Source: Candidatus Sumerlaeaceae bacterium
GTDB lineage: Bacteria > Sumerlaeota > Sumerlaeia > Sumerlaeales > Sumerlaeaceae
Reading direction: 5' to 3'
NCBI GenBank assembly: GCA_049968255.1
Contig: JBMFRB010000005.1
Span: 133,822-197,821 of the forward strand
DNA: 64,000 nt
Under the pieces are notes generated by a model, which saw only the letters and a list, made by a program, of their open reading frames with translations, was not told the DNA's origin and searched no databases. How positions within the stretch are numbered: position 1 is the first letter of the stretch; each line of letters begins with the position of its first letter. Of the stretch, positions 1 to 10,060 are shown piece after piece. A program made the position numbers and the translations under genes.

Positions 1-1083
1 CTCTTCAACTATACGCGACACGATGGCAAGACCGAGCCCCGTGCCTGTGGCCTTCGTGGTGAAGAAGGGCTCCTGGATTCGGTCGAGATCCTGAGCGGAG
101 ATGCCATGGCCATTGTCGCGCACTCGAATGACATAATGGTCCCTGTGAAGCTCCGTCGCGATCTCAATCATTGCTCCCTCGACACCAGAGAGCGCCTCGA
201 GAGCGTTTTTGAGTAAGTTGAGCAACACCTGCGTCATTTGATTGGGATCGAAATCCACGGGCGGGATTTCATAGTCGAGCGACGTCACCAGCCTTACACC
301 CCGCGCTTCGGCCTCGGGACGAATTGTTTGCAACACACGCTCGATGTGGTAGTTCACGTTCGCCCTTTGCAACATAGGCCGAGAGGGACGCACGGCGGCG
401 AGAAATTCGTTCACCACGCAACCGAGTCGCTTGATTTCCTCAACAATGATGTCGGAGGACTGAAGCTGACGCTGCATCTCTAGGGAACGCGCGCGCTTGA
501 CCTTTTGCCGCAACGCACGCTGCAAAAGCTGCGCGTGGATCTGCAGTGAGTTCAGAGGGTTTTTAATCTCATGGGCGAGCCCAGCTGCAAGGGTGGCCAT
601 CTGTTTCCAGTACTCGGCGCGACGCCGCTGTTCCTCGGCTCGATACCAAGCGGTCACATCTCGAACGACAATCGTGAGAAGCTCGGAGAACTCATGGTCG
701 GATTGAAACTTGAAAGGACTAAGCGAAATTTGTAGCCACCGTTGCTCATGGCCGGGCAGCTCGACCTCAAATTGCCTTTCTTCGCTTTCTCCAAGCAGGA
801 AACGAGTGATCTTCTTGGCGATCTCGGAGGGAATGGGAAATTCGGTGAGCCGACGCCCGATGGGTTTCGATGGCGTGGCAAGCCCAAGCAGGCGCCAGAC
901 TGCCTCATTGGCCAAAAGAATCTCCAGATTCGAACGCACAACCAGAAGACCATCCGCCAGCGCATCGATGATTTTCCGGAGGAAATCGCGGTCGCGCAGC
1001 AGACTTGAGAATATCGCTTCAGCCTGTTGCTCGTCAGCTTTGGTTATCTTTTTGACAAATTTCTCGGATACTCGTTGCCCCAT
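1..1083 (-). CDS. PAS-domain sensor histidine kinase (NtrB-like), 3' end runs off the window
   Basis: Not in the ORF track; translated by hand. ATG at 1083 follows GGAGG. PAS-like N-terminus (IIDALADGLLVVRSNLEILLANEA), H-box ATLAAGLAHEIKNPL and HATPase F/G2 box EPFFTTKATGTGLGLAIVSRIVEE in the same frame at the window edge. Confidence 0.9.
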   Translation of the reverse strand, partial: MGQRVSEKFVKKITKADEQQAEAIFSSLLRDRDFLRKIIDALADGLLVVRSNLEILLANEAVWRLLGLATPSKPIGRRLTEFPIPSEIAKKITRFLLGESEERQFEVELPGHEQRWLQISLSPFKFQSDHEFSELLTIVVRDVTAWYRAEEQRRRAEYWKQMATLAAGLAHEIKNPLNSLQIHAQLLQRALRQKVKRARSLEMQRQLQSSDIIVEEIKRLGCVVNEFLAAVRPSRPMLQRANVNYHIERVLQTIRPEAEARGVRLVTSLDYEIPPVDFDPNQMTQVLLNLLKNALEALSGVEGAMIEIATELHRDHYVIRVRDNGHGISAQDLDRIQEPFFTTKATGTGLGLAIVSRIVEE

Positions 1084-1178
1084 AACGCTGTCATCCTCCG
1101 CGTAGCCTCACAGATTATAGACGGCATCTCTTGGCTACGAACTGAACTCCTTCTGCCCTGGAAATATCCAAGTACCGG

Positions 1179-2591
1179 TCATTTTGAATCTGCTCTTCGC
1201 CTCAGGACAGTGAGACAAAAGCCGTCGAGCTCGGGCCACTCAGGCCATGTCGAAAAAACTTGGCCGGCGACAGATGGAAACAAGTTGCCGAGGCGCTCGG
1301 GCATGGCCAACATAAAATCTTCATGGCTGGCGAGAAAATGTGCTACTACCTCGTGATTTTCGCTGCGCAGGGGCGAGCAGGTCGCGTAAACAATCCGGCC
1401 GCCCGGCCGAACCAACTGCGCGGCAAGCATGAGCAGATCGCGCTGGGTCTCGGCAAAGCTGGCAAGGCTCGCCAGCGTCGCACGCCAACGAACTTCGGGA
1501 TGGCGCCGCACAGTCCCAAGGGCTGAACAGGGAGCGTCTACGAGCACGGCGTCGTAACACTGTGCCTTATTGTGCGCTAGAAGACATATCTCCTCGTAGG
1601 GCCGAATCTCAACGCCCGGCGTTTGCAGTCGTGCAAGATTTTCTTGCAAAAGCTCCAGACGTTTCGTGTCGCGATCTGTGGCATGAATTGTGGCCCGCCC
1701 ACAAGCAAGCTCAGCAAGGTGGGTCGTCTTGCCGCCTGGTGCAGCACAGAGATCGAGCACTTGCTCGCCAGGCCGAGGATCAAGAGCAAGGGAGACGAGC
1801 TGGCTTGCCTCATCCTGAACGTAGAAGGACCCTTGTTGAAAAGTCCAGTGTGCCAAAGCGTTGGCAAAATCCTGTGGTGAGTTCAAGATGAGGGCAGTGG
1901 GAACGATGTCGCTCGGATGGGAGAAGATGCCGTCCGCTGCCCAACAGCTAGCTAATTCGCTAGGCGTGGTGCGCAGGATGTTCACACGAACCGTCGCACG
2001 CGGTTCTTCATTGAGCCATGAAAGTAGCTTCAAAGTGCTGGGCTGGCCATAAGTATCGAGGAATGCTTGCACGAGCCATCGCGGCTGCGACCACCGGACG
2101 GAAAGGTCGTAGGCAGGATCGCCGGTGGACGGATAGTTTAGGTTTTCCTGCGAAGCAAGGGCGCGGCCAACGGCGTTGAGAAAACGGATAGCTCCGGCGG
2201 ACAAGTGCAATGCTTTGCCGATTTCCACCGCATCACTCACCGCTGCATATGACGGCACGCGATCTAAAAAGTGACGCTGAGCACTGATCATCCGAAAGAG
2301 ATTCAGGATCGATGGGTCCGTGGACGATTTCTTCGCGTGCAGACGCTGCTGAATTTGGTAATCAAGTGTGAGCAGGTGACGAAGGACGGTGAGAACAATC
2401 GCAAAAGCAAGGCGACGATCAGGGGCGCTGAGACCCAGGGCCGCAGCGGACCGGCGGACCGCCTCCGGGGCATCTAGTTCTTGCCCGCCAAGAACGGCTG
2501 AGAGAACATGGAACGCCACCCATCGGGCAGGCGAGCACCGAGGCGATGGTTGGCGCAGGCAGTGCGGTTTGAGGCTGACCTTTTTCATCAT
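1179..2591 (-). CDS. rsmB: 16S rRNA m5C967 methyltransferase RsmB/Sun
   Basis: NusB-like N-terminus (VPSYAAVSDAVE, FLNAVGR), then FYVQDEASQ, VLDLCAAPGGKT, VLVDAPCSALG and YATCS motifs. Start placed at the ATG-ATG at 2591/2588 rather than the ORF-track start 2732, which overlaps the divergent gene. Confidence 0.92.
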   Translation of the reverse strand: MMKKVSLKPHCLRQPSPRCSPARWVAFHVLSAVLGGQELDAPEAVRRSAAALGLSAPDRRLAFAIVLTVLRHLLTLDYQIQQRLHAKKSSTDPSILNLFRMISAQRHFLDRVPSYAAVSDAVEIGKALHLSAGAIRFLNAVGRALASQENLNYPSTGDPAYDLSVRWSQPRWLVQAFLDTYGQPSTLKLLSWLNEEPRATVRVNILRTTPSELASCWAADGIFSHPSDIVPTALILNSPQDFANALAHWTFQQGSFYVQDEASQLVSLALDPRPGEQVLDLCAAPGGKTTHLAELACGRATIHATDRDTKRLELLQENLARLQTPGVEIRPYEEICLLAHNKAQCYDAVLVDAPCSALGTVRRHPEVRWRATLASLASFAETQRDLLMLAAQLVRPGGRIVYATCSPLRSENHEVVAHFLASHEDFMLAMPERLGNLFPSVAGQVFSTWPEWPELDGFCLTVLRRRADSK

Positions 2592-2725
2592 TAGCACGAT
2601 CCGAACCCACGCGTTTCCTGATTCCAGTTGAAACTTTTTACCCGCAAGTGTCATCCGTGATAAATAAAAAGTTGGGCCTGCGCGTTTAGAATTATGATGA
2701 GGTGTGCCCCGAGAAAGTTTTTTCG

Positions 2726-3859
2726 ATGTCATTTTTGCGAAATCCGATAATTCTGACGCGACTATTCTTTGTGCTGATCACTACGCTGGTCGGCTACTGG
2801 GTGGGTCGCGTCCAAGTGCCTTCGCGCGGACTCGACTACTCGATTATTGCGTTCTGCCTCGCGAACATCCTTGTTCTCGTTGAAGTCTCGACGAACATTA
2901 TCTCGTCGAAAAAGATACTCCTGGCAGCTGCAGGTTTGTTAGTCGGCCTTGTGATCGCCTGGTTTGTTTATCCCACGATCCCGCCGAGCGTGTTCGGCTC
3001 AGACATCGAGATGGGGCAGCTTCAAGCGCGCATCATCTGCAACCTTGTGTTTGGTTATCTCGGCATCATTCTTGCCATCAAACACGCAAATCGTTTGAGT
3101 TTCTCGCGTTTGAATTTCATCATGGCTTCGCCAAGCGACACGGCCAAAATTCTCGACACGAGCGTAATCGTGGACGGCCGCATCAAGGATCTCATTGCTA
3201 GCAGCTTTATGCAGGGGAATTTCCTCGTACCGGAGTTTGTGTTGGAGGAACTGCATAAGCTGGCGGATTCTTCGGATCCGAAAAAGCGGGCGCGCGGCCG
3301 CCGAGGACTGGAGATGCTCGACGAAATCAAGGACGTGACAAATCGTCTGGCGATTTGCGAGAAGGATTATCCAGACCATCGCGGGGTGGACCACAAGCTC
3401 ATCGCCCTGGCCAAAGAAATTGGCGGCGAAGTGGTGACGAATGACTACAACCTGCAGAAGATCGCCGAATTCCATCGCGTGCGTGTGATCAACATCAACG
3501 AACTGGCGAACCTGCTCAAGCCGACCGTCTTCGTTGGCGAGACGATCAACCTTTTCATCGCCCGCGAAGGCAAAGAGCCCCACCAAGGCGTGGGCTATCT
3601 TGAAGACGGGACGATGGTGGTGGTCGAGGACGGTCGCAGCCGCATCGGAACCGAGGTGGAGCTGGTTGTGACCTCGATCCACCAAACATCGGCCGGGCGT
3701 ATGGTTTTCGCGCGACCGGCAGACTATGTCCAGACGCCGGTGGATTTGCGAAGCGTCCCCGTAGGAGAGGGCCAGACTCGACGACGTCCCGCGAACAGCG
3801 TGCCTCACCCAGCGCCCGACTATTCGGGGAAACCCGAAACGACTCATCGCGAAGACTGA
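2726..3859 (+). CDS. PIN/TRAM domain membrane protein (YacL family)
   Basis: Four N-terminal TM segments, PIN motifs ILDTSVIVDGRI, RGRRGL and VTNDYNL, TRAM motif QGVGYLEDGTMVVVE, and QTSAGRMVFA. ATG at 2726. Confidence 0.92.
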   Translation: MSFLRNPIILTRLFFVLITTLVGYWVGRVQVPSRGLDYSIIAFCLANILVLVEVSTNIISSKKILLAAAGLLVGLVIAWFVYPTIPPSVFGSDIEMGQLQARIICNLVFGYLGIILAIKHANRLSFSRLNFIMASPSDTAKILDTSVIVDGRIKDLIASSFMQGNFLVPEFVLEELHKLADSSDPKKRARGRRGLEMLDEIKDVTNRLAICEKDYPDHRGVDHKLIALAKEIGGEVVTNDYNLQKIAEFHRVRVININELANLLKPTVFVGETINLFIAREGKEPHQGVGYLEDGTMVVVEDGRSRIGTEVELVVTSIHQTSAGRMVFARPADYVQTPVDLRSVPVGEGQTRRRPANSVPHPAPDYSGKPETTHRED

Positions 3860-4072
3860 ACCTCTCTAGTTCTGCCTATGGTTGTCGCACGCACTTTTTG
3901 TCACGACTAATCGGGCGCCAGTTTTTCCCAGTCTCCTAATCCTCCTTTTTCGCGACGTTTTTTCCAACAGGAGCAGTTCCACGCACCATGGAGGCCGGTG
4001 AGATGCATGCGAATTTCCAGGGTGCGCGAATATAGAACCGGTTAAGTACCACTCTTTAGGAGAGGCTTGGCG

Positions 4073-4819
4073 ATGAAAAATTTTTATTCATCACGTCGGC
4101 AGTTTCTGGCGTTGCTGGGTGGTTTCCCTGCCGTTGTCGCTTTAGGAAAGGCCCTCGACACGCTCACGACTCCCACGGCGGCTACGTCCGCGCAAGGGGG
4201 ACCGTTCTCGCTCCCACCGCTCCCCTATTCTTACGCTGCACTCGAGCCGGTCATCGACGTGCAAACAATGCATCTGCACCATGATAAACATCATGCAGCT
4301 TACGTAGAAAATCTGAATAAAGCAATCGCGCAGCATCCTGAACTCGCGAGTAGAGGATTGGAGCAGTTGTTGGGTGACCTTGCTCAGGTGCCGGAGAATA
4401 TCCGCACGGCGGTACGAAATCACGGTGGGGGGCACTGGAACCACACTTTCTTCTGGGAGCTAATGAAACCGTCAGGGGCGAACAAGGCAAGCGGCGAGCT
4501 GGCCGATGCCATTCGGGCGACGTTCATGTCTTTCGAGAATTTTCAGGCACGCTTTGAAGAAGCCGGTCTCAAGCTTTTTGGCTCAGGATGGGTGTGGCTC
4601 GTCGTGAATAAGGAGAAAAAGCTAGAGATCCTCACGACTCCCAATCAGGACACACCGCTAGCTGTCGGAGCTCGACCAGTGTTAGGCAACGACGTGTGGG
4701 AGCACGCCTACTATCTCAAGTACCAGAATCGCCGCGGCGAGTATCTAAAAGCGTGGTGGAAGGTCGTCAACTGGGATGTTGCAGCGGCCAACTATGCACA
4801 GGCGCTCAAAGCAAAATAA
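4073..4819 (+). CDS. sodA: Mn/Fe superoxide dismutase (Mn-type signature) with Tat signal peptide
   Basis: LPPLPYSYAALEP, HHDKHHAAYV, NHGGGHWNH, FGSGW, NQD and DVWEHAYY motifs. N-terminal SRRQFL twin-arginine motif. RBS AGGAGAGG. Confidence 0.93.
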   Translation: MKNFYSSRRQFLALLGGFPAVVALGKALDTLTTPTAATSAQGGPFSLPPLPYSYAALEPVIDVQTMHLHHDKHHAAYVENLNKAIAQHPELASRGLEQLLGDLAQVPENIRTAVRNHGGGHWNHTFFWELMKPSGANKASGELADAIRATFMSFENFQARFEEAGLKLFGSGWVWLVVNKEKKLEILTTPNQDTPLAVGARPVLGNDVWEHAYYLKYQNRRGEYLKAWWKVVNWDVAAANYAQALKAK

Positions 4820-4987
4820 AGGTGGCAACAATCCCCACACTGCTTAGCTTCCCCTCGTATGGGAATCGTCGCCACGTCAGAACGGTTAGCTTTTTATTTT
4901 GCGAATACGCTTTTGAACGCGAGGGGACGACGAACCTTGCCATCGTCGAACATCGCGAGCGTTTCGTGACGATGCCGCCCGACCCAC

Positions 4988-6001
4988 TCAATCGCCAAGG
5001 ATGATTTCGGACGAATCACCAACATTGAGCCGCGTGTGCGTGCCCACAACCTTCGCATTATCGCTGATGATCGAGCCCTCGAGGATAATTTCGCTGACCT
5101 CGGCGTTTTCGCCAATGATCGAGTTTTTTACGATACATGAGCGAAGTATGGTTCCTGCCGAAATGCTGACGTAGGGGCCGACTATCGAGTTTTCTAGGCG
5201 CGCAGATTCATCAATGGCGACAGGCATGTTGATGACAGAGCCCGGATAGCGGTCCGCTAGCCGCGCATACTCCTCGAGATCCTGGATCTTCATGTCCAGG
5301 AGATCGCGGTTAGTAAGCAACATGGTCTCAGGTTTGCCGCAGTCATACCATCCCTCCACCATGAACACGCGCATTTGATGACCACGTTCCAGAATGAGCT
5401 GGAGGGCATCCGTGAGCTGAAACTCCCCTTTGGTGCGTCTGCCAGCCTGGATATTTTCGTCCAAGCAATCAAAGAGCTGGCGCGGGTTTTTGAGATAATA
5501 GATTCCGACTAGGGCTAAGTTTGACGGAGGTATCTCGGGTTTCTCCACAAGGCGTTTGACGTTTCCCATTTTGTCGAGCTCGACGACGCCGAACCGCCGT
5601 GGATCGTCAACCTTTTTGACACCCAAGGCACTTTCGTCGCGCTCGAAAACAGATTTCAGGTCGGCTTTAAAAATGGTGTCGCCAAGCACGATGAGAACCC
5701 GCTCGTCGTCGTAATGAAAAGGCTTCGCGAGCGACACGGCGTGGCCAAGTCCCAACATCTCCGTCTGCTCGACGAAGTTAGCGCGGAACTTCACCGTGCG
5801 TTGCACATACTCCCGAATCATGTCGCCCTTGTAACCAATGATGAATGTTGTTTCTTCGATGCCAAGGCGAGTAAGCTCGTCGAGAATGTGGCCAAGAATG
5901 GGCTTGCCGGCGACTGGCAAGAGCACCTTCGGCGCGGTATGGGTGTGTGGGCGAAGACGCGTTCCTATACCAGCGACGGGGACGATGGCTTTCAACACCA
6001 T
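4988..6001 (-). CDS. Sugar-phosphate nucleotidyltransferase (long-form glucose-1-phosphate thymidylyltransferase type)
   Basis: AGIGTRLRPHT..PK, GLGHAV, LGD, FGVV and EKP motifs, plus C-terminal hexapeptide (left-handed beta-helix) repeats. Confidence 0.88.
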   Translation of the reverse strand: MVLKAIVPVAGIGTRLRPHTHTAPKVLLPVAGKPILGHILDELTRLGIEETTFIIGYKGDMIREYVQRTVKFRANFVEQTEMLGLGHAVSLAKPFHYDDERVLIVLGDTIFKADLKSVFERDESALGVKKVDDPRRFGVVELDKMGNVKRLVEKPEIPPSNLALVGIYYLKNPRQLFDCLDENIQAGRRTKGEFQLTDALQLILERGHQMRVFMVEGWYDCGKPETMLLTNRDLLDMKIQDLEEYARLADRYPGSVINMPVAIDESARLENSIVGPYVSISAGTILRSCIVKNSIIGENAEVSEIILEGSIISDNAKVVGTHTRLNVGDSSEIILGD

Positions 6002-6130
6002 AACTCCTCTTGCTTTCTCTTCGGGACAGGACTTTTCCCGTGCATTCTTTTATCGAACTGGCTGCTGCTTATGGCCAAGATCAAGCACGAAAACTTGCGA
6101 AGTGCATTCGGCACGCGGCTGCGTGTGCGG

Positions 6131-6171
6131 AAAAGAAGCGGCTCCGCCGGTTTGTTCGGCCGACGGAGCCG
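6131..6171 (-). terminator. Probable intrinsic terminator downstream of ppdK
   Basis: 12-bp stem CGGCTCCGCCGG / CCGACGGAGCCG (one G-U pair on the minus-strand RNA), followed on the minus strand by CTTCTTTT. Confidence 0.55.
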
Positions 6172-6212
6172 TGCTCAGTTGTCACCACAAACGCTCCCGC
6201 CTTCGCTGCAAT

Positions 6213-9065
6213 TTAGCGCTTTTTCGACGCTTTTTTCGTTGCAGCTTTTTTCGCAGGCGCTGTTTTCGCCACTTTGTTGGCAGCCGACTTCTTCGCCGAC
6301 GCTTTCTTCGAAAAAGACGACGCAGGCTTCGGCGGTGCGCTTTCGATCGCGGCCTGAGCGGCAGCAAGCCGTGCTATCGGCACGCGGAACGGCGAGCAGC
6401 TCACGTAATTCATCCCCACGCGATGGCAGAACTTCACCGATGCCGGATCACCACCATGTTCGCCGCAGATACCAACCTTGAGGTCGGGTCGCGTTTCACG
6501 TCCGCGCTCGATCCCCACTCTAATGAGCTCGCCGATGCCGTCCTGATCAATGGTCTGGAAAGGATCATCCTTGAGGATCTTCTTCTCAAGGTAATCAGGC
6601 AGGAACGAGCCAATGTCGTCGCGGCTGAAGCCAAAGCCCATCTGCGTCAGATCGTTCGTGCCAAACGAGAAGAATTCAGCGACTTGGGCGAGTTTGCCCG
6701 CTTGCAGCGCTGCGCGCGGAATTTCGATCATCGTGCCGTAGAGGAACGGCAGCTTGCGCAGACCGAATTTCTGCATGACCTCTTTGGCCACGCGATCCAC
6801 GATCTCCTTCTGGTGCATGAGCTCCGTCTCGATGCACGTGACCGGGATCATAATTTCTGGCAACGCTTTCTTTCCGGCCTTTATAAGCTCTGCAGCTGCT
6901 TCGAGAATCGCGCGTACCTGCATCTCGGTCACTTCGGGATAAGTGATGCCAAGACGCACGCCACGATGGCCGAGCATGGGGTTGTTCTCGCGCAATGCTT
7001 CGGCCCGCTTCTGCAATTCGGCCATATCGATCCCCAACTCTTTGGCCAGTGTCTGGAGCTTTTCTTCGGAATGTGGCACGAATTCATGCAGTGGGGGATC
7101 GAGCAGACGGATTGTGACCGGCCGGCCATTCATGACTTCGAGAGTCGCCTTCACGTCATTTTTGACGAATGGGAAGAGCTCGTCGAGGGCCTTGCGCCGT
7201 TCGTCGCCGGTTTTGCTCATGATCATCTTGCGCAGCAGGAACAGGGGCTTATCGCTCCCCTCGCCATAGAACATGTGCTCCGTGCGGAAAAGACCGATAC
7301 CTTCGGCGCCGAATTTGATGGCTTGTTCAGCATCCTTGGGAGTGTCGGCATTCGTCCGCACGCGGAGCTGGCGGAACCTATCCGCAAGCTTCATGAGCTC
7401 CTGGAAGGGCTTGTTGTGTTCGAGGTCCACGTCGACAAGAGGTAGTTCACCAAGGTAAACTAACCCTTTCGTGCCGTTGAGCGAAATCCAATCGCCCTCT
7501 TTGACCACAACGCCGCTCTTGGTCTTGAACGACTTAAGATCGTGAGCGATCTCAATATCGCTGCAGCCGACGATGCAGCACTTGCCCCAACCACGCGCCA
7601 CAAGCGCGGCGTGGGAGGTCATGCCGCCTTTGCTGGTGAGGATCGCCTGGGCCTTGTGCATGCCGTCGACGTCCTCGGGCGACGTCTCTTCGCGCACCAG
7701 GATGACCTTTTCGCCTTTCGCGGCCCATTGCACTGCATCCTCGGCGGTGAACACGACACGGCCGCGCGCACCACCAGGACCGGCGGGCAAGCCTTTTGCG
7801 ATCGGCGTCGTTTTGAGTTCCACCTTCGGATCAAGCATGGGCAGGAGAAGCTCGAACAACTGATTCGGCGCCACACGCTGCACAGCGGTCGCATCGTCGA
7901 TCAGTCCCTCTTTGTACATTTCCGTGGCCATGCGGACTGCCGCCACGCCATTGCGCTTACCGACGCGGCACTGCAGGATATAGAGCTTGCCTTTCTCAAT
8001 TGTGAACTCGATGTCCTGCATGTCGCGATAATGCTTCTCGAGCCGATCCTGAATGTCGTAGAGCTCGGCGTAAACTTCGGGCATCAGCTCTTTGAGCGTG
8101 GGCAGGTGCCTACTCTGCTCGTTTTTGGATTCGTCGTTGATCGGAGCAGGGGTGCGAATGCCGGCCACCACGTCCTCACCCTGCGCATTGATGAGGTACT
8201 CGCCGTAGAAAATTTTTTCACCCGTGCCGGGATGCCGCGTGAAGGCTACGCCGGTGGCGCTGTCGTCGCCCATGTTGCCGAAAACCATGGACTGCACATT
8301 GACGGCGGTGCCCCATTCATCGGGGATGCGTTCGATGCGGCGGTACTCAACGGCACGTTTGCCGTTCCAGCTCGCAAACACGGCGCCGATCGCGCCCCAA
8401 AGCTGATCCCATGGATCCTGGGGGAAAGCTTTGCCTAGCACTTCTTTGACCTTCGCCTTGAAGGCTTTGACAAGCTCTTGAAGATCCTCCGCCGTCAGAT
8501 CCGTATCGGAGCTATAGTCCTTCTCCTTTTTCACTTCCTCGAGCATCTCATCGAGGATTTTGCGGATTCCCTTGCCATCCTTAGGCTCTATGCCTGCGGC
8601 CTTCTCCATAACGACGTCGGCATACATCATGATCAGGCGCCGATACGCGTCGTAGGCAAAACGGGGGTTATTTGTTTTCTCGATGAGCCCCTGAATGGTC
8701 TTATCGTTGAGACCGACGTTGAGCACGGTCTCCATCATGCCGGGCATGGACTTGCGCGCGCCCGAGCGCACCGACACGAGCAGTGGATTCGACGGATCGC
8801 CAAACTTCTTTTTGGTCAGTTTTTCGACCTTGGCAAGCGCGGCCTCGACCTGCCCTTTCAGCTCGGGCGGGTATTTGCGCCCATGCTGATAATAGTAGGT
8901 ACAGACTTCTGTGGTGATTGTAAAACCCGGCGGCACTGGCAGCCGCAGGTCGGGATGCCCAGCCATCTCGGCAAGGTTGGCACCTTTGCCGCCGAGAAGC
9001 TCTTTCATTGACTCATTGCCGTCGGCGCGACCGCCGCCGAATGAGTAGACGTACTTCTTTGCCAT
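6213..9065 (-). CDS. ppdK: Pyruvate, phosphate dikinase with a Lys/Ala-rich C-terminal tail
   Basis: LLGGKGANLAEM, VSVRSGA..SMPGMM, phospho-His motif GGMTSHAA, FSFGTNDLTQ and GICGEHGG. RBS AGGAGG. Confidence 0.97.
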   Translation of the reverse strand: MAKKYVYSFGGGRADGNESMKELLGGKGANLAEMAGHPDLRLPVPPGFTITTEVCTYYYQHGRKYPPELKGQVEAALAKVEKLTKKKFGDPSNPLLVSVRSGARKSMPGMMETVLNVGLNDKTIQGLIEKTNNPRFAYDAYRRLIMMYADVVMEKAAGIEPKDGKGIRKILDEMLEEVKKEKDYSSDTDLTAEDLQELVKAFKAKVKEVLGKAFPQDPWDQLWGAIGAVFASWNGKRAVEYRRIERIPDEWGTAVNVQSMVFGNMGDDSATGVAFTRHPGTGEKIFYGEYLINAQGEDVVAGIRTPAPINDESKNEQSRHLPTLKELMPEVYAELYDIQDRLEKHYRDMQDIEFTIEKGKLYILQCRVGKRNGVAAVRMATEMYKEGLIDDATAVQRVAPNQLFELLLPMLDPKVELKTTPIAKGLPAGPGGARGRVVFTAEDAVQWAAKGEKVILVREETSPEDVDGMHKAQAILTSKGGMTSHAALVARGWGKCCIVGCSDIEIAHDLKSFKTKSGVVVKEGDWISLNGTKGLVYLGELPLVDVDLEHNKPFQELMKLADRFRQLRVRTNADTPKDAEQAIKFGAEGIGLFRTEHMFYGEGSDKPLFLLRKMIMSKTGDERRKALDELFPFVKNDVKATLEVMNGRPVTIRLLDPPLHEFVPHSEEKLQTLAKELGIDMAELQKRAEALRENNPMLGHRGVRLGITYPEVTEMQVRAILEAAAELIKAGKKALPEIMIPVTCIETELMHQKEIVDRVAKEVMQKFGLRKLPFLYGTMIEIPRAALQAGKLAQVAEFFSFGTNDLTQMGFGFSRDDIGSFLPDYLEKKILKDDPFQTIDQDGIGELIRVGIERGRETRPDLKVGICGEHGGDPASVKFCHRVGMNYVSCSPFRVPIARLAAAQAAIESAPPKPASSFSKKASAKKSAANKVAKTAPAKKAATKKASKKR

Positions 9066-9363
9066 TTACAACCTCCTTTTAGGTTGGCTGTGGCCCGGGT
9101 GCTTTCCCCACACCGCTCGCCGATCCCGACTCACGATCGTTCACCCAAGCGCACAGCATTTTTTCGTGGTTGCACAGAACTAAACGTTCGCAAACAAGCG
9201 CTATTCAACTTTTGCGCCGGTCAAGCACGCTTTGGGGCTCAAAGTTGCATGTCAAAGGGAAATGCTGGCTTTTGCGTTTTTTTTACAAATACGTGGTCCG
9301 CAGCCCTCGCGCCGCGTGAAAGCTGGCTTGACACGGCTGTGAGAAGCTCGCGACGGTAGAAAT

Positions 9364-10008
9364 ATGAAAACGCGATTTTCTCATCTCATCATTCTGGCAA
9401 TTTGTGCCGCAATGCTCGTAGGCTGTGGCAGCGATAAGGATAAAAAGCGCTCCGAAAAAGAACGATCGGCTCGCGTGGCCGTGCGCGCAGAGGAAGTACG
9501 CAAACGCCTAGACGACCTCCAGCATTCGCTGGTGCAGCTCTACCAAGAGACAGAAATCCAGCAGATGAAAATTCGCGCGGCGCAAGAAAATCTGGCCGCT
9601 TTGCGCAAGAGCCTTGGCGAGCTGGCGCGCAGCGAGCGCGCTTATTTGGAAACATCGGCCACCGGAAGCGCCGCCATCGAAGTGCCTCGGCTAAAGTACA
9701 TGGAGGAGCCGCGGGCACCTGAAACAAACAAGAAAAGAAAAGAGAATCGGGCGCTGGAAACACTTCTGCTCCTGGCCTTTGCAGCATTCCTTGTGACGAT
9801 TGGCTACAAGCTCTATCAAAAGAAATCGCGCTCCGAAGAAGACTCCAGCGCGGGCGATAGCGGCGACTCTTACACCATTATCAAGCCGCCGCCTGCCGAT
9901 CAGATGGGCCAGAGCGAAGCCGCGCAAGCCCCCGAGAAGGTGGAACCGCCGCAGGATGAGCCAAAGGCCGGCGAATCCGATAAGCCAAGCAATGACACGT
10001 CAGCATAA
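9364..10008 (+). CDS. Hypothetical lipoprotein with coiled coil and an internal TM helix
   Basis: Lipobox LVGC after a hydrophobic stretch, heptad-rich region, hydrophobic segment LLLLAFAAFLVTIGY, and an acidic/Pro-rich tail. Confidence 0.7.
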   Translation: MKTRFSHLIILAICAAMLVGCGSDKDKKRSEKERSARVAVRAEEVRKRLDDLQHSLVQLYQETEIQQMKIRAAQENLAALRKSLGELARSERAYLETSATGSAAIEVPRLKYMEEPRAPETNKKRKENRALETLLLLAFAAFLVTIGYKLYQKKSRSEEDSSAGDSGDSYTIIKPPPADQMGQSEAAQAPEKVEPPQDEPKAGESDKPSNDTSA

Positions 10009-10060
10009 ACAAGTTTATTAACCGCCAAGATATTAAGATAAGGAGCTAGCTCGGTCCCTC

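Noticed and set aside
5714-9011. Long plus-strand ORFs (5714..6481, 5838..7445, 7542..8438, 8478..9011)
   Set aside because: Antisense shadows of ppdK and its neighbour caused by GC-rich codon bias; no recognisable motifs. The same applies to 2999..3847, 39244..40032, 43676..44473, 49346..50251, 55526..56134 and 59033..59845.
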